Part shown: piece after piece, positions 1-9,884 of the stretch
How the letters are laid out: each line of letters begins with the position of its first letter
Numbering within the stretch: position 1 is the stretch's first letter
Assembly: GCA_963675595.2 (NCBI GenBank)
Contig: CAXXLZ010000002.1
Span: forward strand, 4,666,253 to 4,730,252
DNA: 64,000 nucleotides
From: Thermodesulfobacteriota bacterium
GTDB taxonomy: Bacteria > Desulfobacterota > Desulfarculia > JACQYL01
Reading direction: 5' to 3'
Notes under the pieces: generated by a model
Databases searched by the model: none
What the model was told of the DNA's origin: nothing
What the model saw: only the letters and a program-made list of their open reading frames with translations
Position numbers and translations under genes: made by a program

Positions 1-884
1 CCCAGGAAGCAGTAGCGGGCCGGCTCCATGTATCCGCAAATGGTGGTCTTGTCGCCCCATTTCTCCTTCGTTTCGGTCCAGGTCGCGCAATCATCGGGCG
101 TGTAGGCGCAGGAAATGAGCACGGGTTCCATGGCTTCGATCTGGGCGTCGAAGTAGATGTTCTGGCCGCAGTTGTGCACCATGACCATGCAGCCGCATTC
201 GCGAATGGTGTCGGCCAGGCGTTTCGCAAAGGGCGCTTCGATCTTCTGCCACAGGCTCTTCTTCATGATGGTGCCGGAAGCATAGAGAGTGTCCAGCATG
301 ATGGCGGGTACGCCGGTTTTGGCCAATGCCTTGATGTAGTCCACCAACACCTCAGTGATCACTTCCTGGGCCTTGATCACGGCTTCGGGGTGTTTCATGC
401 AATCCAGGAACATCCTCTCCGCTCCGCGCATCATGCTGAGAATTCCCAGGGGACCGAACACGAAGGCAACCACGGGAACCTCGGCGCCCTTTTCATTCTG
501 GAGAATCTCATGCATTTTGATGAAGCCGCTCATGCGAGGCGTTTTGGTGGGGTCGATCCGTTCCACCTTGGTCAGATAGTCGTCGGGGGTCACGATTACG
601 GGCTTGTCGTAGTTGGGGTGAGCGGTGTCCTCCACGGGAAAGACCACTTCCTGGCCGAAATCGGCGCATTCGACGGACAGGTCGACTAAGGTGACGAAGC
701 AATCAAAACCGAACATCTCCTGCGCCTGGATCCAGGATTTGGCCGCAAGCTCATAGTCTTGAGACCACTCCCCATAGGTGATTCCGTAGACCCGGCGGGA
801 TGCCCCACAAATCAGGGGAGTTGCGGGAACACGGTCTGCTTCTTTGCCCTGCAGGCAGGCTACCACTCTTTCCATCGAAGTCAT
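1..884 (-). CDS. Uroporphyrinogen decarboxylase-family / MtaA-CmuA-type methylcobamide methyltransferase (3' end runs off the window)
   Basis: My translation from ATG at 884 (AGGAGG RBS): MTSMERVVACLQGKEADRVPATPLICG...DLSVECADFG...GPLGILSMMRG...VHNCG. It is open to the window edge and lies near a corrinoid protein gene. Confidence 0.85.
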   Translation of the reverse strand, partial: MTSMERVVACLQGKEADRVPATPLICGASRRVYGITYGEWSQDYELAAKSWIQAQEMFGFDCFVTLVDLSVECADFGQEVVFPVEDTAHPNYDKPVIVTPDDYLTKVERIDPTKTPRMSGFIKMHEILQNEKGAEVPVVAFVFGPLGILSMMRGAERMFLDCMKHPEAVIKAQEVITEVLVDYIKALAKTGVPAIMLDTLYASGTIMKKSLWQKIEAPFAKRLADTIRECGCMVMVHNCGQNIYFDAQIEAMEPVLISCAYTPDDCATWTETKEKWGDKTTICGYMEPARYCFL

Positions 885-1441
885 GACTTCCTCCTTCTCG
901 GTTGACGTTGGTTCACCAGGATCATAAGTTCGAACTCCCGTGAGGGAGTCGGATCGATCGTGTCGTCGCCGAAGCGGATCTCCTTTCTCTGCCCGGGACG
1001 TACACAACAATCCTTGCTATGCGTGCCTCCAATACCGTCAGGCGACTGCGGCTCGGTCGCACCATTCCGGTTGCATCGGATGGCCGAGCCGTTGAGCCGC
1101 GTTTGGAACCGATGTAAGTGGTCTGGTTGGGAAGTGGTGAAGTCGAACTCGTCGAAGCAGGTGTGGATTCGCTTCTGCTTCGTTAAAGCGCCGTCCCTCG
1201 GCGGCTCGGCGGGCAAGCGGCGAGATCGCTTTGTGAACGATGTGTCTTTTCAAGGGGTGCTCAACACGATCAATACGGAAAGGCTCGGAGGCGAGGCGGT
1301 AGTCCGCAGTGCGAGGCATGACGGCTTCGCTTCCTTCTTCCCCGATGGATGCTTTCCGGTTCGGCTGAACGGCGATTGGGTATCCGAAGGCCTCGTGCTC
1401 CATGCTGCAACCGTGTTCGCAATCCGGTCCGGCCAAAGAAA

Positions 1442-2056
1442 TTACTCCTCCCAGTTGAGGACGATGTCTCGGAGTTGTTCGATTCCCACTCCGGAAAAGG
1501 TGGAAAGACGAACGATTTCCGCAGTTTCATTGAATTGTCTTAACTTCTTCTCGCTTTCTTCAATGGTTGTGGAGTCCACGGCATCCACCTTGCTCATGGC
1601 CAGAATGTCGGCGTCCTGGACCTGAGCGACCACGAGTCTGCCGAGCATATCCATGTCGAGAAGCTCGGCCGGTCGTGTGGTGTCGAAGAGGACAATGGCC
1701 GGTCCCAAAGAAATTCGAGCGTCCCTACCCCCCATTCGGGCCGCCATTTTAACCTGATGGGGAATGGCGACCCCGGTAGGTTCCACCAGAACATGCTCGG
1801 GTTTAAACTCCCGATAGAGTGTGGCCAGCGTCTTGGCGAAGCTGGAAGCCACTTCGCAGCAGATGCATCCTCCACCGATGTCCTTCACTCGCATGCCGCT
1901 TTCTTGGATCACTTTGCCGTCCACCGGAATTTCACCGATTTCATTCACCACGAGGGCCACCTTCCGGTTTCCCGAGTCGGCGATTTCCGCGGAGAGTCTG
2001 AGAATGAAGGTGGTCTTTCCACATCCCAGAAAGCCTGCAATTTGAGTGATTTTCAT
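1442..2056 (-). CDS. CobW/HypB/UreG-family P-loop GTPase (metallochaperone)
   Basis: GFLGCGKTT, VVNEIGE, GGGCICC, VEPTG and SKVD motifs. Confidence 0.9.
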   Translation of the reverse strand: MKITQIAGFLGCGKTTFILRLSAEIADSGNRKVALVVNEIGEIPVDGKVIQESGMRVKDIGGGCICCEVASSFAKTLATLYREFKPEHVLVEPTGVAIPHQVKMAARMGGRDARISLGPAIVLFDTTRPAELLDMDMLGRLVVAQVQDADILAMSKVDAVDSTTIEESEKKLRQFNETAEIVRLSTFSGVGIEQLRDIVLNWEE

Positions 2057-2311
2057 GAAATCTCCGTGCCGGCGTTGTGTCGTTGTGCGGAAGCGAATGA
2101 GGTCATCGGGATGACCGTGCCTTCACGGTCCGGTGCGATGATCGAAGAGGAGCCATGCCGCGGCGACGAGGTCGGAATCTTCCGAAGATCAATCTCCCGA
2201 GGTCAACGGAAATTCCTTTCACACGGTGCGGGCGCGGCACCGGGATCAAGCTCGCTTTTCGGGGTTCGGCGTCGCCGACGCAATCGTCCCGAGGCACGGT
2301 TCCTCTTCAGG

Positions 2312-2980
2312 CTATGCTTTGGACTGAACCTCGCGCAGGCGACCGATCATCTTGATGCCCTCGGTCACGGCGTTGCCCGCGCTCTCTGCGTAACCGTCGG
2401 CGCCGAACAGGGTGGAAACGTCCCGGGTCACGGGAGCGCCGCCGAGCATGATCATCACATTGGGATTCTTCTCTTTGATCATCTTGATGACCTTCTTCAT
2501 GCCCAGCATCGTGGTGGTCATCATGGCGCTCATGGCCACGATTTCCGAATCCGTACGCATCTGTTCCTTGACGAAATTCTCCAGAGGCACGTCGCGGCCC
2601 AGGTCGTAAACTTCAAATCCGGCCACGTCGAACATCATCTTGACCAGGTTTTTGCCGATGTCGTGAACGTCGCCCTGGATGGAGCCGATGACGACCTGGC
2701 CCTTCATCTTTCCACTTTGCTCCTGGGGCACGTGGGGGCGGAGGATGTCCAGACCGGCATAAAGGGCGTCGGCGCACATGAGCACTTCAGGCACGAAGTA
2801 TTCGTTGCGCTCATAGAGATCTCCCACGATCTGCATGCCGGCCGCGAGACCGTCCATGATCGCTTCCAGTGGGTCCACCTTTTCGTCGAGAGCCTGTTGC
2901 GCGAAGCTTTTCACTCCCTCTTCGTTGTACTCCACGACCGAGTCGCTTAAACCTTTGAGGATGTCTTCCTTGCCTGCCAT
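2312..2980 (-). CDS. Corrinoid (B12-binding) methyl-carrier protein, MtaC/MtbC family
   Basis: GDVHDIGKNLV B12-binding motif, EYFVPEVLMCADA, GGAP and GADGY. Start taken at MAGKEDIL. Confidence 0.92.
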   Translation of the reverse strand: MAGKEDILKGLSDSVVEYNEEGVKSFAQQALDEKVDPLEAIMDGLAAGMQIVGDLYERNEYFVPEVLMCADALYAGLDILRPHVPQEQSGKMKGQVVIGSIQGDVHDIGKNLVKMMFDVAGFEVYDLGRDVPLENFVKEQMRTDSEIVAMSAMMTTTMLGMKKVIKMIKEKNPNVMIMLGGAPVTRDVSTLFGADGYAESAGNAVTEGIKMIGRLREVQSKA

Positions 2981-3642
2981 ACTGATTCCCCTTCCTTTGC
3001 TGAAGCATTCTTGAACGGACGGGCCCCTGGGATTGCGGAAGCCGCCTCCTCGACTTCCGCACATGTTCGCTTGCGATAATAATATACACTATAGGGGTAC
3101 TGAATAGTCCGAGGGATGAATTCCGGCTAGACGCCGGATGATTTATTGGTGAACCTGCATTATGGAAAGAATTTTGGGATAGACGAAGTTAGTTATAAAC
3201 GTAAGAAAGCCTTAAAGAAATAAATAACTTGGATATTCTATTGCTAATGACAATGATTGGTGTGGCATTCAATCGGAATTACATATGATATGTTTAACAT
3301 ATAAGGAATAATGCCTATACAAAAGTTGGGATGGGGCGAAACTTGACGTTCCATGAAGGGCGGTCTCGATGGGAATCTCTTCTTCCGGAAGCCCGTCACG
3401 CGGGCGCGATCTCCCGGTTCCGATGAGGGGCACTGGCCTCGCCGGCGAATATCTGCTACAGAGGGAGTCCCCGCACGAGTTGAGCGGGCGGCGCTTCTCC
3501 CCGCGCCCGGATGTTTCAAAAGAAGTCCAAGTCGGCGACGGCAGGCCGTCGAATCGTTCGGTGGGTTCTGAATTCGCCGGGGGGAATCCGGGCGCGTACC
3601 GCGTCACAAATCGGGAATATCCGTCAAACGAGGTGGAAGGCC

Positions 3643-4053
3643 ATGAAAGGTTGGTTTTGGCCCGGCATGATGGCCATGCTGTTGTGGGGCTTGTGGGGCT
3701 TCTTTCCCAAGCTCACCGTCCGTCATATTAATCCGGGCAGTGCCCTGGTGTTTGAAACCTTGGGCGGCATGATCGTGGCTTTGGTGGTGCTTGTCGTCCT
3801 TGGGTTCAGAATCCAGACGGATCCGGCCGGGGTGGGGTATGCGCTGTTTACCGGTGTTTGCGGTTTTCTCGGGATCCTTTTCTACCTCAAGGCGGTAACC
3901 GTAGGCAGGGTTTCCCTGGTGGCGACCATGACCGCTCTGTATCCCGTGGTGAGCGTCCTTCTCGCTCACTTTGTCCTGGGCGAGCCGCTGACCCTGAAGG
4001 AGGGCGCGGGCATCCTCCTGGCATGCCTCGCCATTCTTCTCATGGTGCTGTGA
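3643..4053 (+). CDS. EamA/DMT-family membrane protein (single EamA repeat)
   Basis: Hydrophobic helices with LLWGLWGFFPK and ALYPVVSVLLAHFVLGEPLT. Start at MKGWFW after a GAGGTGGAAGG purine-rich RBS. Confidence 0.85.
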   Translation: MKGWFWPGMMAMLLWGLWGFFPKLTVRHINPGSALVFETLGGMIVALVVLVVLGFRIQTDPAGVGYALFTGVCGFLGILFYLKAVTVGRVSLVATMTALYPVVSVLLAHFVLGEPLTLKEGAGILLACLAILLMVL

Positions 4054-4107
4054 ACGGGAGAGAGCCCTCTCTTCACCCTCGAAGAAGAAGGCGTTTCAGG
4101 CGTTCGG

Positions 4108-5748
4108 TCATGATTCCTTGGGTGAGAACTTTTTCACCACCGCCGCGATTTCTTCTTCCGTAAACGGCTTGTGCAGAATTTCATTGACCCCGGCCGCAAA
4201 GGCGGCGTCGAAGTCCTGGGCCTCGTTTTGCGTGGTGACCATCACGATGGGGAGCGCGTCTTTGTCGTACCACCGGCGAACAAGGCCCGTCAGTTGGATA
4301 CCCGTGATTTCCGGCATATTCAGATCGGTCAAAATCAGATCGGGTTTTTCGGCGCGCACCCGGTCCACCGCCTCGGCGGGAAACTGGAAAAGCCGCGGTT
4401 CGCATCCCAAGTCGTAAAGCATACCCCGATAGATATTCAGTATCATCTTGGAATCGTCCACGGCGAAGATCACCGGTTTGGCTTCCGCTTCGGCCGTCGG
4501 GGCTCCCTCGATGAGCGAAGCCAGATCGTCCCGTCCGTTCTTCGTTAGAAGTTCGCAATAGTGGCCCTTCAAATCAGGATGAGCGCGCTCGGAAAGATAC
4601 GGGACCGCCTTCTTAACGAAAAACTCCTCTTCCAGGAGGTCGAGGAACATGCGGTCGCATTGGGAGTTGATGATGGTGACCACGATGTTCAAGGCTTCCA
4701 TGTCTTCGGTGCGAATCATGTTCTTGACGCCGGCGGCCAGAATCTCATCATAATTACGTTCGATGGCGCCGGCCGCCGCAGCTCTCACGTTGGCCACGGG
4801 ATCCTGCAATCCGGCGCCCAAGGCGAAAGCCCCTTTATGCAACGGCAGGAGGCCAAGCGCCTCATACGCGGCGAATCGCACGTTGGGATCGGCCGGGTGG
4901 GTGTGGATCAGTTTGCGCACGGCGGGAATGCTTGTGGGGTCTTTGATGTCCCCAAGAACGTTCAAGGAATGGATGACCAGGTCCGGGTCGTCCTGAGTCA
5001 GGTTTTCCAGAAGCAGGGGAACCGCCTTGGCTCCCACCTGCACCAGCATCTGTTTGCCCGTGCTGCGAATGTGCGCATGGGCCGATCCCAACGTTTCGTT
5101 GAGTTTTTCCAGCGACTCCACCGACTGGACCCGGGCGAAAACCTCCAGGATCAAGAAGTCGATTTCGGCGTCGATTCCGAGTTTCTCCGACAGTTTTTTC
5201 ATGGCCGGAGGCGTGCCCAGGCGGCCGAGGGTTTCCACCGCCGCGGCCACGAGCCTCGCATTGCCGCTGTAAAGGAACTCCGCCACCAGGGAAACCGACC
5301 ATGAGTCACCGAGGTTTCCCAGAGCCGGCATGGCGGCTGCAAGCACCATATCATTGGCTCTTGAAGCAAGGAACTCCCTTAGAACCGGGACGGCCTCTTC
5401 AAGACGGATTTCACCGACCACCTCGGCCAGCAGGGCTTTCCCCGCGTCGTCATCCCCGGTCTTGAGGAGTGCCAGTGGGACCGAAGGCTTGTCGAGGGAC
5501 ATGGAGAAGAGGAGTTCCCGAGCCAAAGAATCCACGTCGCCAAGGTCGGACGACTTGGAAACCAGGCGAACCAGCAAGGGAATCGCGAATCCTTCATCGG
5601 CTCTGCTGAGTTCGAGCAGGGCCTGCCTTTGGGTCTTGGCGTCCATCTCACCCAAATGGGCCAACACGATGCTCGCCTTGAGGAGGTCCTGTCTGGCGAT
5701 ATCGTATCGCAGCTCGTCCAGGAATGCCTGGGGAGAAATATCCATCAT
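4108..5748 (-). CDS. HEAT-repeat protein with C-terminal response-regulator receiver domain
   Basis: Repeated helical VRxAAxxALG units. C-terminal AVDDS...LTDLNMPEITG...MVTT...KPF receiver motifs. Confidence 0.85.
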   Translation of the reverse strand: MMDISPQAFLDELRYDIARQDLLKASIVLAHLGEMDAKTQRQALLELSRADEGFAIPLLVRLVSKSSDLGDVDSLARELLFSMSLDKPSVPLALLKTGDDDAGKALLAEVVGEIRLEEAVPVLREFLASRANDMVLAAAMPALGNLGDSWSVSLVAEFLYSGNARLVAAAVETLGRLGTPPAMKKLSEKLGIDAEIDFLILEVFARVQSVESLEKLNETLGSAHAHIRSTGKQMLVQVGAKAVPLLLENLTQDDPDLVIHSLNVLGDIKDPTSIPAVRKLIHTHPADPNVRFAAYEALGLLPLHKGAFALGAGLQDPVANVRAAAAGAIERNYDEILAAGVKNMIRTEDMEALNIVVTIINSQCDRMFLDLLEEEFFVKKAVPYLSERAHPDLKGHYCELLTKNGRDDLASLIEGAPTAEAEAKPVIFAVDDSKMILNIYRGMLYDLGCEPRLFQFPAEAVDRVRAEKPDLILTDLNMPEITGIQLTGLVRRWYDKDALPIVMVTTQNEAQDFDAAFAAGVNEILHKPFTEEEIAAVVKKFSPKES

Positions 5749-6000
5749 ATCACGTTCCATCCGGCCTTTAGCCCGGTTTTCCGAAGGGATGTCGGAATAT
5801 CGGGCAGACTTGAGGGGATTCACTTCCAAAAGAGGCGGAGAATATCCGCCGGAAGACCACCATTTATCACAAAAAGATCATACTCAAGGGGACGGAACGG
5901 GGTCAACGGAATTGTCTCCGTGCGGGAGAGACCGCTCGACGGTCTGAAATCATGGGGCTTTGTCAACGAGCCGTGAAGAAGGAGGGAGCACGGAAGGACT

Positions 6001-6507
6001 TTAGTTCCTTTTGGGTCTGGGACGAGCTTCGGACATGGACTTCCTGAGCTCTCTGAGGCGATTCTGCAGGTCTCGGTAGGCGGAGGTGTTCAGGTCCTGA
6101 TTACTCTTTCGGTAATCACGCATCTGGTCGAGGACCTGCCTGTAATCGGTTTGCAGTCCCTGCATTTCCGCGGACTTGCCGGGCGCCGGGGGAGGAGACG
6201 TCGTGGCGGGCGTGGGAGCCGCGGGAGGCTGCACTGTGACCGTACGGATGGCTTTGTCCTGCGCCGAATCCTGAGGGGCGGGGCTCTTGATGGTGGTTTC
6301 GATGATGCGAAATTTCTTGTCGTCTTCCAGAATCTCGGGAGGAACGTTTTCTTCGTCGTTGGCGTAGTGTACTCGTCCCGATTCGTCTTTCCACACGTAA
6401 ATCTTACCCACGGCGGGCGCGGAGAACATCAGGCAGACCACCGGGAGAAGAATCCGGAAAACACTTCGGCCCAGCGGGACCGTGCATAGGTTGAGATTCA
6501 TGACCAC
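6001..6507 (-). CDS. DUF4124-domain secreted protein
   Basis: Signal-peptide-like N-terminus, then IYVWKDESGRVHYAND, a Pro/Ala/Thr linker and a helical tail. Confidence 0.75.
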   Translation of the reverse strand: MVMNLNLCTVPLGRSVFRILLPVVCLMFSAPAVGKIYVWKDESGRVHYANDEENVPPEILEDDKKFRIIETTIKSPAPQDSAQDKAIRTVTVQPPAAPTPATTSPPPAPGKSAEMQGLQTDYRQVLDQMRDYRKSNQDLNTSAYRDLQNRLRELRKSMSEARPRPKRN

Positions 6508-6593
6508 GTATTATAAGTTAGGGAGCAAGCCAAGGGCAACGATTTCCGGTGAAGATGCGATTTTCTTTCGCTTCCGACTTCCATAATTTTCTA

Positions 6594-6622
6594 TTGACTA
6601 TTTCATGACGGATTGGTAAAAG
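6594..6622 (+). promoter_or_regulatory. Putative sigma70 promoter of tRNA-Asn
   Basis: TTGACT-N17-TAAAAG with an extended -10 TG, 27 bp upstream of the tRNA. Confidence 0.45.
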
Positions 6623-6649
6623 CCTCTTTCACCCAACGGAACACCTTAT

Positions 6650-6725
6650 TCCTCGGTAGCTCAATCGGCAGAGCGGGTGGCTGTTAACCACTAGGTTGCA
6701 GGTTCGAGTCCTGCCCGGGGAGCCA
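6650..6725 (+). tRNA. tRNA-Asn(GTT)
   Basis: 76 nt. Acceptor TCCTCGG/CCGGGGA, anticodon arm GGTGG-CTGTTAA-CCACT, GGTTCGAGTCC T-arm, encoded CCA. Confidence 0.97.
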
Positions 6726-8264
6726 GTTTTCAAAATGGCCTTTTTTCTTCGGAAATAAGGCCGTTTCTTTTTTGTGGGCCAAGTTGCTTTCAGCAAGAAT
6801 ATTAAATGGTTGCCTGTAGTTCGGGATGAGGTGTCCATCCTTCCAGATCGAGTTCGAACACACAAAATTGATGATGCGGCGTTTTTCCTGCGCCGTTTGT
6901 TTTTCATAAAGAACTACGGCACGTTGTGCAAGTTCGAGCAATTTGGACCCCTCATCCAAATATGAACGGTTGGCATTCTGGAGCTGTTCGATTCTTCGCA
7001 AGATTTCATCCTGCTCACTCTTCCAGACCGTACTTTTCCGGTCGTAAAAATCTTGATCGATTCTCCCATCGAGTTTGTCTTCGTACATGGCGTCCAGCCG
7101 GTGCTGCAATTTTTCATACTGGGTTTGAAGAGCCGTCATGCGGTCGGCGTGATACTTTCGGGTGTCTGCATGGCTCTCCTTGAGCGCAGCAATGACCCAC
7201 GTCATAACGTCATGATCCATTTTGATGGCGCCGATTGCCTGCCCGAATTGCCGAGCAATCTCTTCCTCCCGAACCCATTTCTCCGGGCACTTCCCCTTAT
7301 TGCCGGTACAGTGGTAATAAACATACTGCTTCTTCTTTATCTCGGCGACCAAGGCGCAGCCGCAGTGCCCGCACGACAACAAACCCTGGAAGGCCCAGCT
7401 GTGTTTTTGCCGGCCTGTTTTCCTGCGGCCTTTTTCGTCCATGACCGCCTGGACTCGCTCGAAAAGTTCCCTTGATACCAGGGGCTCGTGAATGCCCTTG
7501 TAAGTCTTGCCTGCCCAGCGAAACTCGCCGTAGTACAGGGAATTCTTCAGAATCTTGTGCACCACGCTCTTAGGGATCGCCCGGTTGCTTTTCCGAAAGG
7601 CAAACCCTTCATCCTGGGCTTTTCTGGTCAGTTCAAGTAAGGAATAGTTCCCGGTAGCGTACCATTCAAAAAGGCGTCGGACTTGGGGACCGACAACCGG
7701 GTCCGGTTGAATGATGCGTTTTCCATTACATTCAAGGTTGATGTATCCCAGAGGAGCGAAAGAGGGATAGATGCCTTGTTCCGCCTTTTCGACCATGCCT
7801 TTCTTGGTTTCTTCGGACAGGTTGTCGATGTAGTTCTTGGCCATCAATACCTTGATGCCGTGCATGAATTTTTCCGACGACCTGGATTCCTGGGAAAGAG
7901 TAACGTTTTCCTTCACGAAATGGATTTCAAGCTCAAGTTCGTCAAGCGTTACCCAGTCTTTGAGATTCCGGTACAGACGATCCGTTTTCTCTACGAGCAG
8001 GGTTCGGCAGGGAGAAGGGTGCTTGGATTTGGCCTCTTCCCGAAGAAACTTGATCATTTCGGAAAATCCCGACCTTCCCGCCTTCTTCGCAGTCTCCACA
8101 TCAACGTATTCCTGAACAACCTGGAGCCTGTTGTCGGCGGCGTAGTGGTTGAGCAATTTGAGCTGGGCCGGAATGGAGAAGCCTTCCTTTTCCTGCTCTT
8201 TGGAAGACACTCTGGCGTAAACTACGGCTCTTGGAACAGGGGGTGATTGCTGGTCGTTCTTCAT
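6684..8264 (-). CDS. Large serine recombinase (integrase)
   Basis: YARVSSKEQ catalytic Ser motif, EKTDRLYRN, PLGY, zinc ribbon CGHCG...YYHC...C and a coiled coil. The last codons (WLPGQDSNLQPSG) are read from the tRNA antisense strand. Confidence 0.95.
   Translation of the reverse strand: MKNDQQSPPVPRAVVYARVSSKEQEKEGFSIPAQLKLLNHYAADNRLQVVQEYVDVETAKKAGRSGFSEMIKFLREEAKSKHPSPCRTLLVEKTDRLYRNLKDWVTLDELELEIHFVKENVTLSQESRSSEKFMHGIKVLMAKNYIDNLSEETKKGMVEKAEQGIYPSFAPLGYINLECNGKRIIQPDPVVGPQVRRLFEWYATGNYSLLELTRKAQDEGFAFRKSNRAIPKSVVHKILKNSLYYGEFRWAGKTYKGIHEPLVSRELFERVQAVMDEKGRRKTGRQKHSWAFQGLLSCGHCGCALVAEIKKKQYVYYHCTGNKGKCPEKWVREEEIARQFGQAIGAIKMDHDVMTWVIAALKESHADTRKYHADRMTALQTQYEKLQHRLDAMYEDKLDGRIDQDFYDRKSTVWKSEQDEILRRIEQLQNANRSYLDEGSKLLELAQRAVVLYEKQTAQEKRRIINFVCSNSIWKDGHLIPNYRQPFNILAESNLAHKKETALFPKKKGHFENWLPGQDSNLQPSG
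6717..6725 (+). repeat. attL core (last 9 nt of tRNA-Asn)
   Basis: GGGGAGCCA, repeated at 61227-61235. Confidence 0.75.
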
Positions 8265-8285
8265 GGTGGTCGGGCCTCCAGGCCT

Positions 8286-8606
8286 TCAATCCGTTTTCAT
8301 TGGCTTGGCTGCGGCCAGCTTGATTTCATCGAGAACGGCTTGTTCTTTCTTCTTCGCTCTATACAGATCCCAGCGGGTCTGCAGGTTCATCCAGAAATCT
8401 TCGGGCACCCCAAAGAACTTGGCCAGGCGCAGGGACGTGCTGGGCGTCACTCCACGCTTGCCGTTAACAAGTTCGTTGACACGCTGGAACGGAACCAGGA
8501 TGCCGTCGGCAAGCTGCTGCTGCGTGATCCCCAAGGGCTGAAGAAAGCCTTCACGGAGCGTCTCTCCCGGATGGGTTGGCTTTTTGTCACTTGGGGTTGT
8601 CGCCAT
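8286..8606 (-). CDS. higA: HigA-family antitoxin / XRE HTH regulator (no adjacent HigB seen)
   Basis: PTHPGETLREGFLQPLGITQQQLA...RVNELVNGKRGVTPSTSLRLAKFFG...FWMNLQ. Confidence 0.85.
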   Translation of the reverse strand: MATTPSDKKPTHPGETLREGFLQPLGITQQQLADGILVPFQRVNELVNGKRGVTPSTSLRLAKFFGVPEDFWMNLQTRWDLYRAKKKEQAVLDEIKLAAAKPMKTD

Positions 8607-8737
8607 TTTGTCCCCTCGGCAGGAATGAGTTGTTTCGTACTTCGATGCTATCACGCTATCACGGTGTCTGTGCTATTGCAAGGCCAAGAGTTATCACGTT
8701 TCGCCAGGCGAAACCGTTTTTTCAAAAACAAACCCAA

Positions 8738-9610
8738 TCATCCTTCCTTAGTGGGCAGGTCCAGGAAATCGTCGGCGCTTTCGCCGCTTCTTGCCCGGCT
8801 GTCCTGCAAGGCCTTCAAGGCGGCGAGGTTGCGGAAGATGGACCGTTCCAAAGAGTTCTCGTACTTGATGACGTTATTCAAATCGGGCGCTGCAGGCAGC
8901 GACTTGGCCTTCCGGATTCGGTCGAATTTCACCTGCCAAGTTCTGACTTCCTCCATCTCGGCGAGCACCCGCTCTTCCTCTTCCAACCTCTCCTTGCGCA
9001 GTTTGCCCTGCATCTGAGGGGACAAGGAGGCCACGTACTTTTGGGCGGCTTCGTAATCCTTTTCGGCAAACTCGGCTTCTTCCATGTTTATTCGGAACCA
9101 GAGGACATATTCCAAGGTTGCTTTGTCTTTTGACAGATCAAAGCCTGAACTCCGCATCTCGGCCACTTTGCAGCACTGCGCCCGATACTCTGCATCTGTG
9201 ATTTCGTCGTCGTAGCCATAATACTGCAATTCAGGCCGTTGCCGGGAAAAATAGGAGTTGCTGTAGTATGACCGGAGGGCGGTTTCCCGGAAATCATCCA
9301 GCCGCTCTCGGATCTCTCCGGTTTCATGTCGAAGCAACCGCCTCAACCGCCAGTAATTGACGGCAATCTTCTCCACAAGTATCGTCTCCATACGGCCAAC
9401 CGGGGCGAGGTCCTTTTTTAGATCGGCAAATAGTTCGTAGTATTCCAATTCATCTTCACGACCGTCGCCGACGTTGATTACCATATCCTTGGCGAAGATA
9501 CCGTGCTTCACCGCGTTTCTGGAAACGATGGCTTTTCCTTCCGCCGAGGTGGGACCGGTCGACAATTGCGCATTCCGAGCATTCGCCGATTCCTGTTTTT
9601 CTGAAGCCAT
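8738..9610 (-). CDS. Hypothetical protein (NAxxSTGPxxxxGKxxxxxNAxKHG N-terminal motif)
   Basis: 290-aa ORF with an AGGAGG RBS and a helical, charged sequence. Confidence 0.75.
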   Translation of the reverse strand: MASEKQESANARNAQLSTGPTSAEGKAIVSRNAVKHGIFAKDMVINVGDGREDELEYYELFADLKKDLAPVGRMETILVEKIAVNYWRLRRLLRHETGEIRERLDDFRETALRSYYSNSYFSRQRPELQYYGYDDEITDAEYRAQCCKVAEMRSSGFDLSKDKATLEYVLWFRINMEEAEFAEKDYEAAQKYVASLSPQMQGKLRKERLEEEERVLAEMEEVRTWQVKFDRIRKAKSLPAAPDLNNVIKYENSLERSIFRNLAALKALQDSRARSGESADDFLDLPTKEG

Positions 9611-9884
9611 TGCGGTTCCTCCTTGAACATGTCTGTAAATGATCTTTAGTGTTCGACTCGACTAAAGCCTCCGCCATACACGCGTTCCCTCCCAAATTTC
9701 TTCAGAATCGTTCGATGAACGTATCATATAACCATTTGGAAACACTATATAAACCCCGATATTGCATCGTGTTGCGCACGTCCTTGCGTTGCGCAGAATA
9801 GGCCTGTTTTTGTTGCGAATGTTCGGACCGAAACGGGGTTTCTTCACAATATCCTCGGTAATTTTTAATGCATTTCCGAGCACA

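Noticed and set aside
885-3640. Cobalamin riboswitch near the corrinoid genes
   Set aside because: I could not identify the B12-box or conserved core by eye. An Rfam scan is needed.
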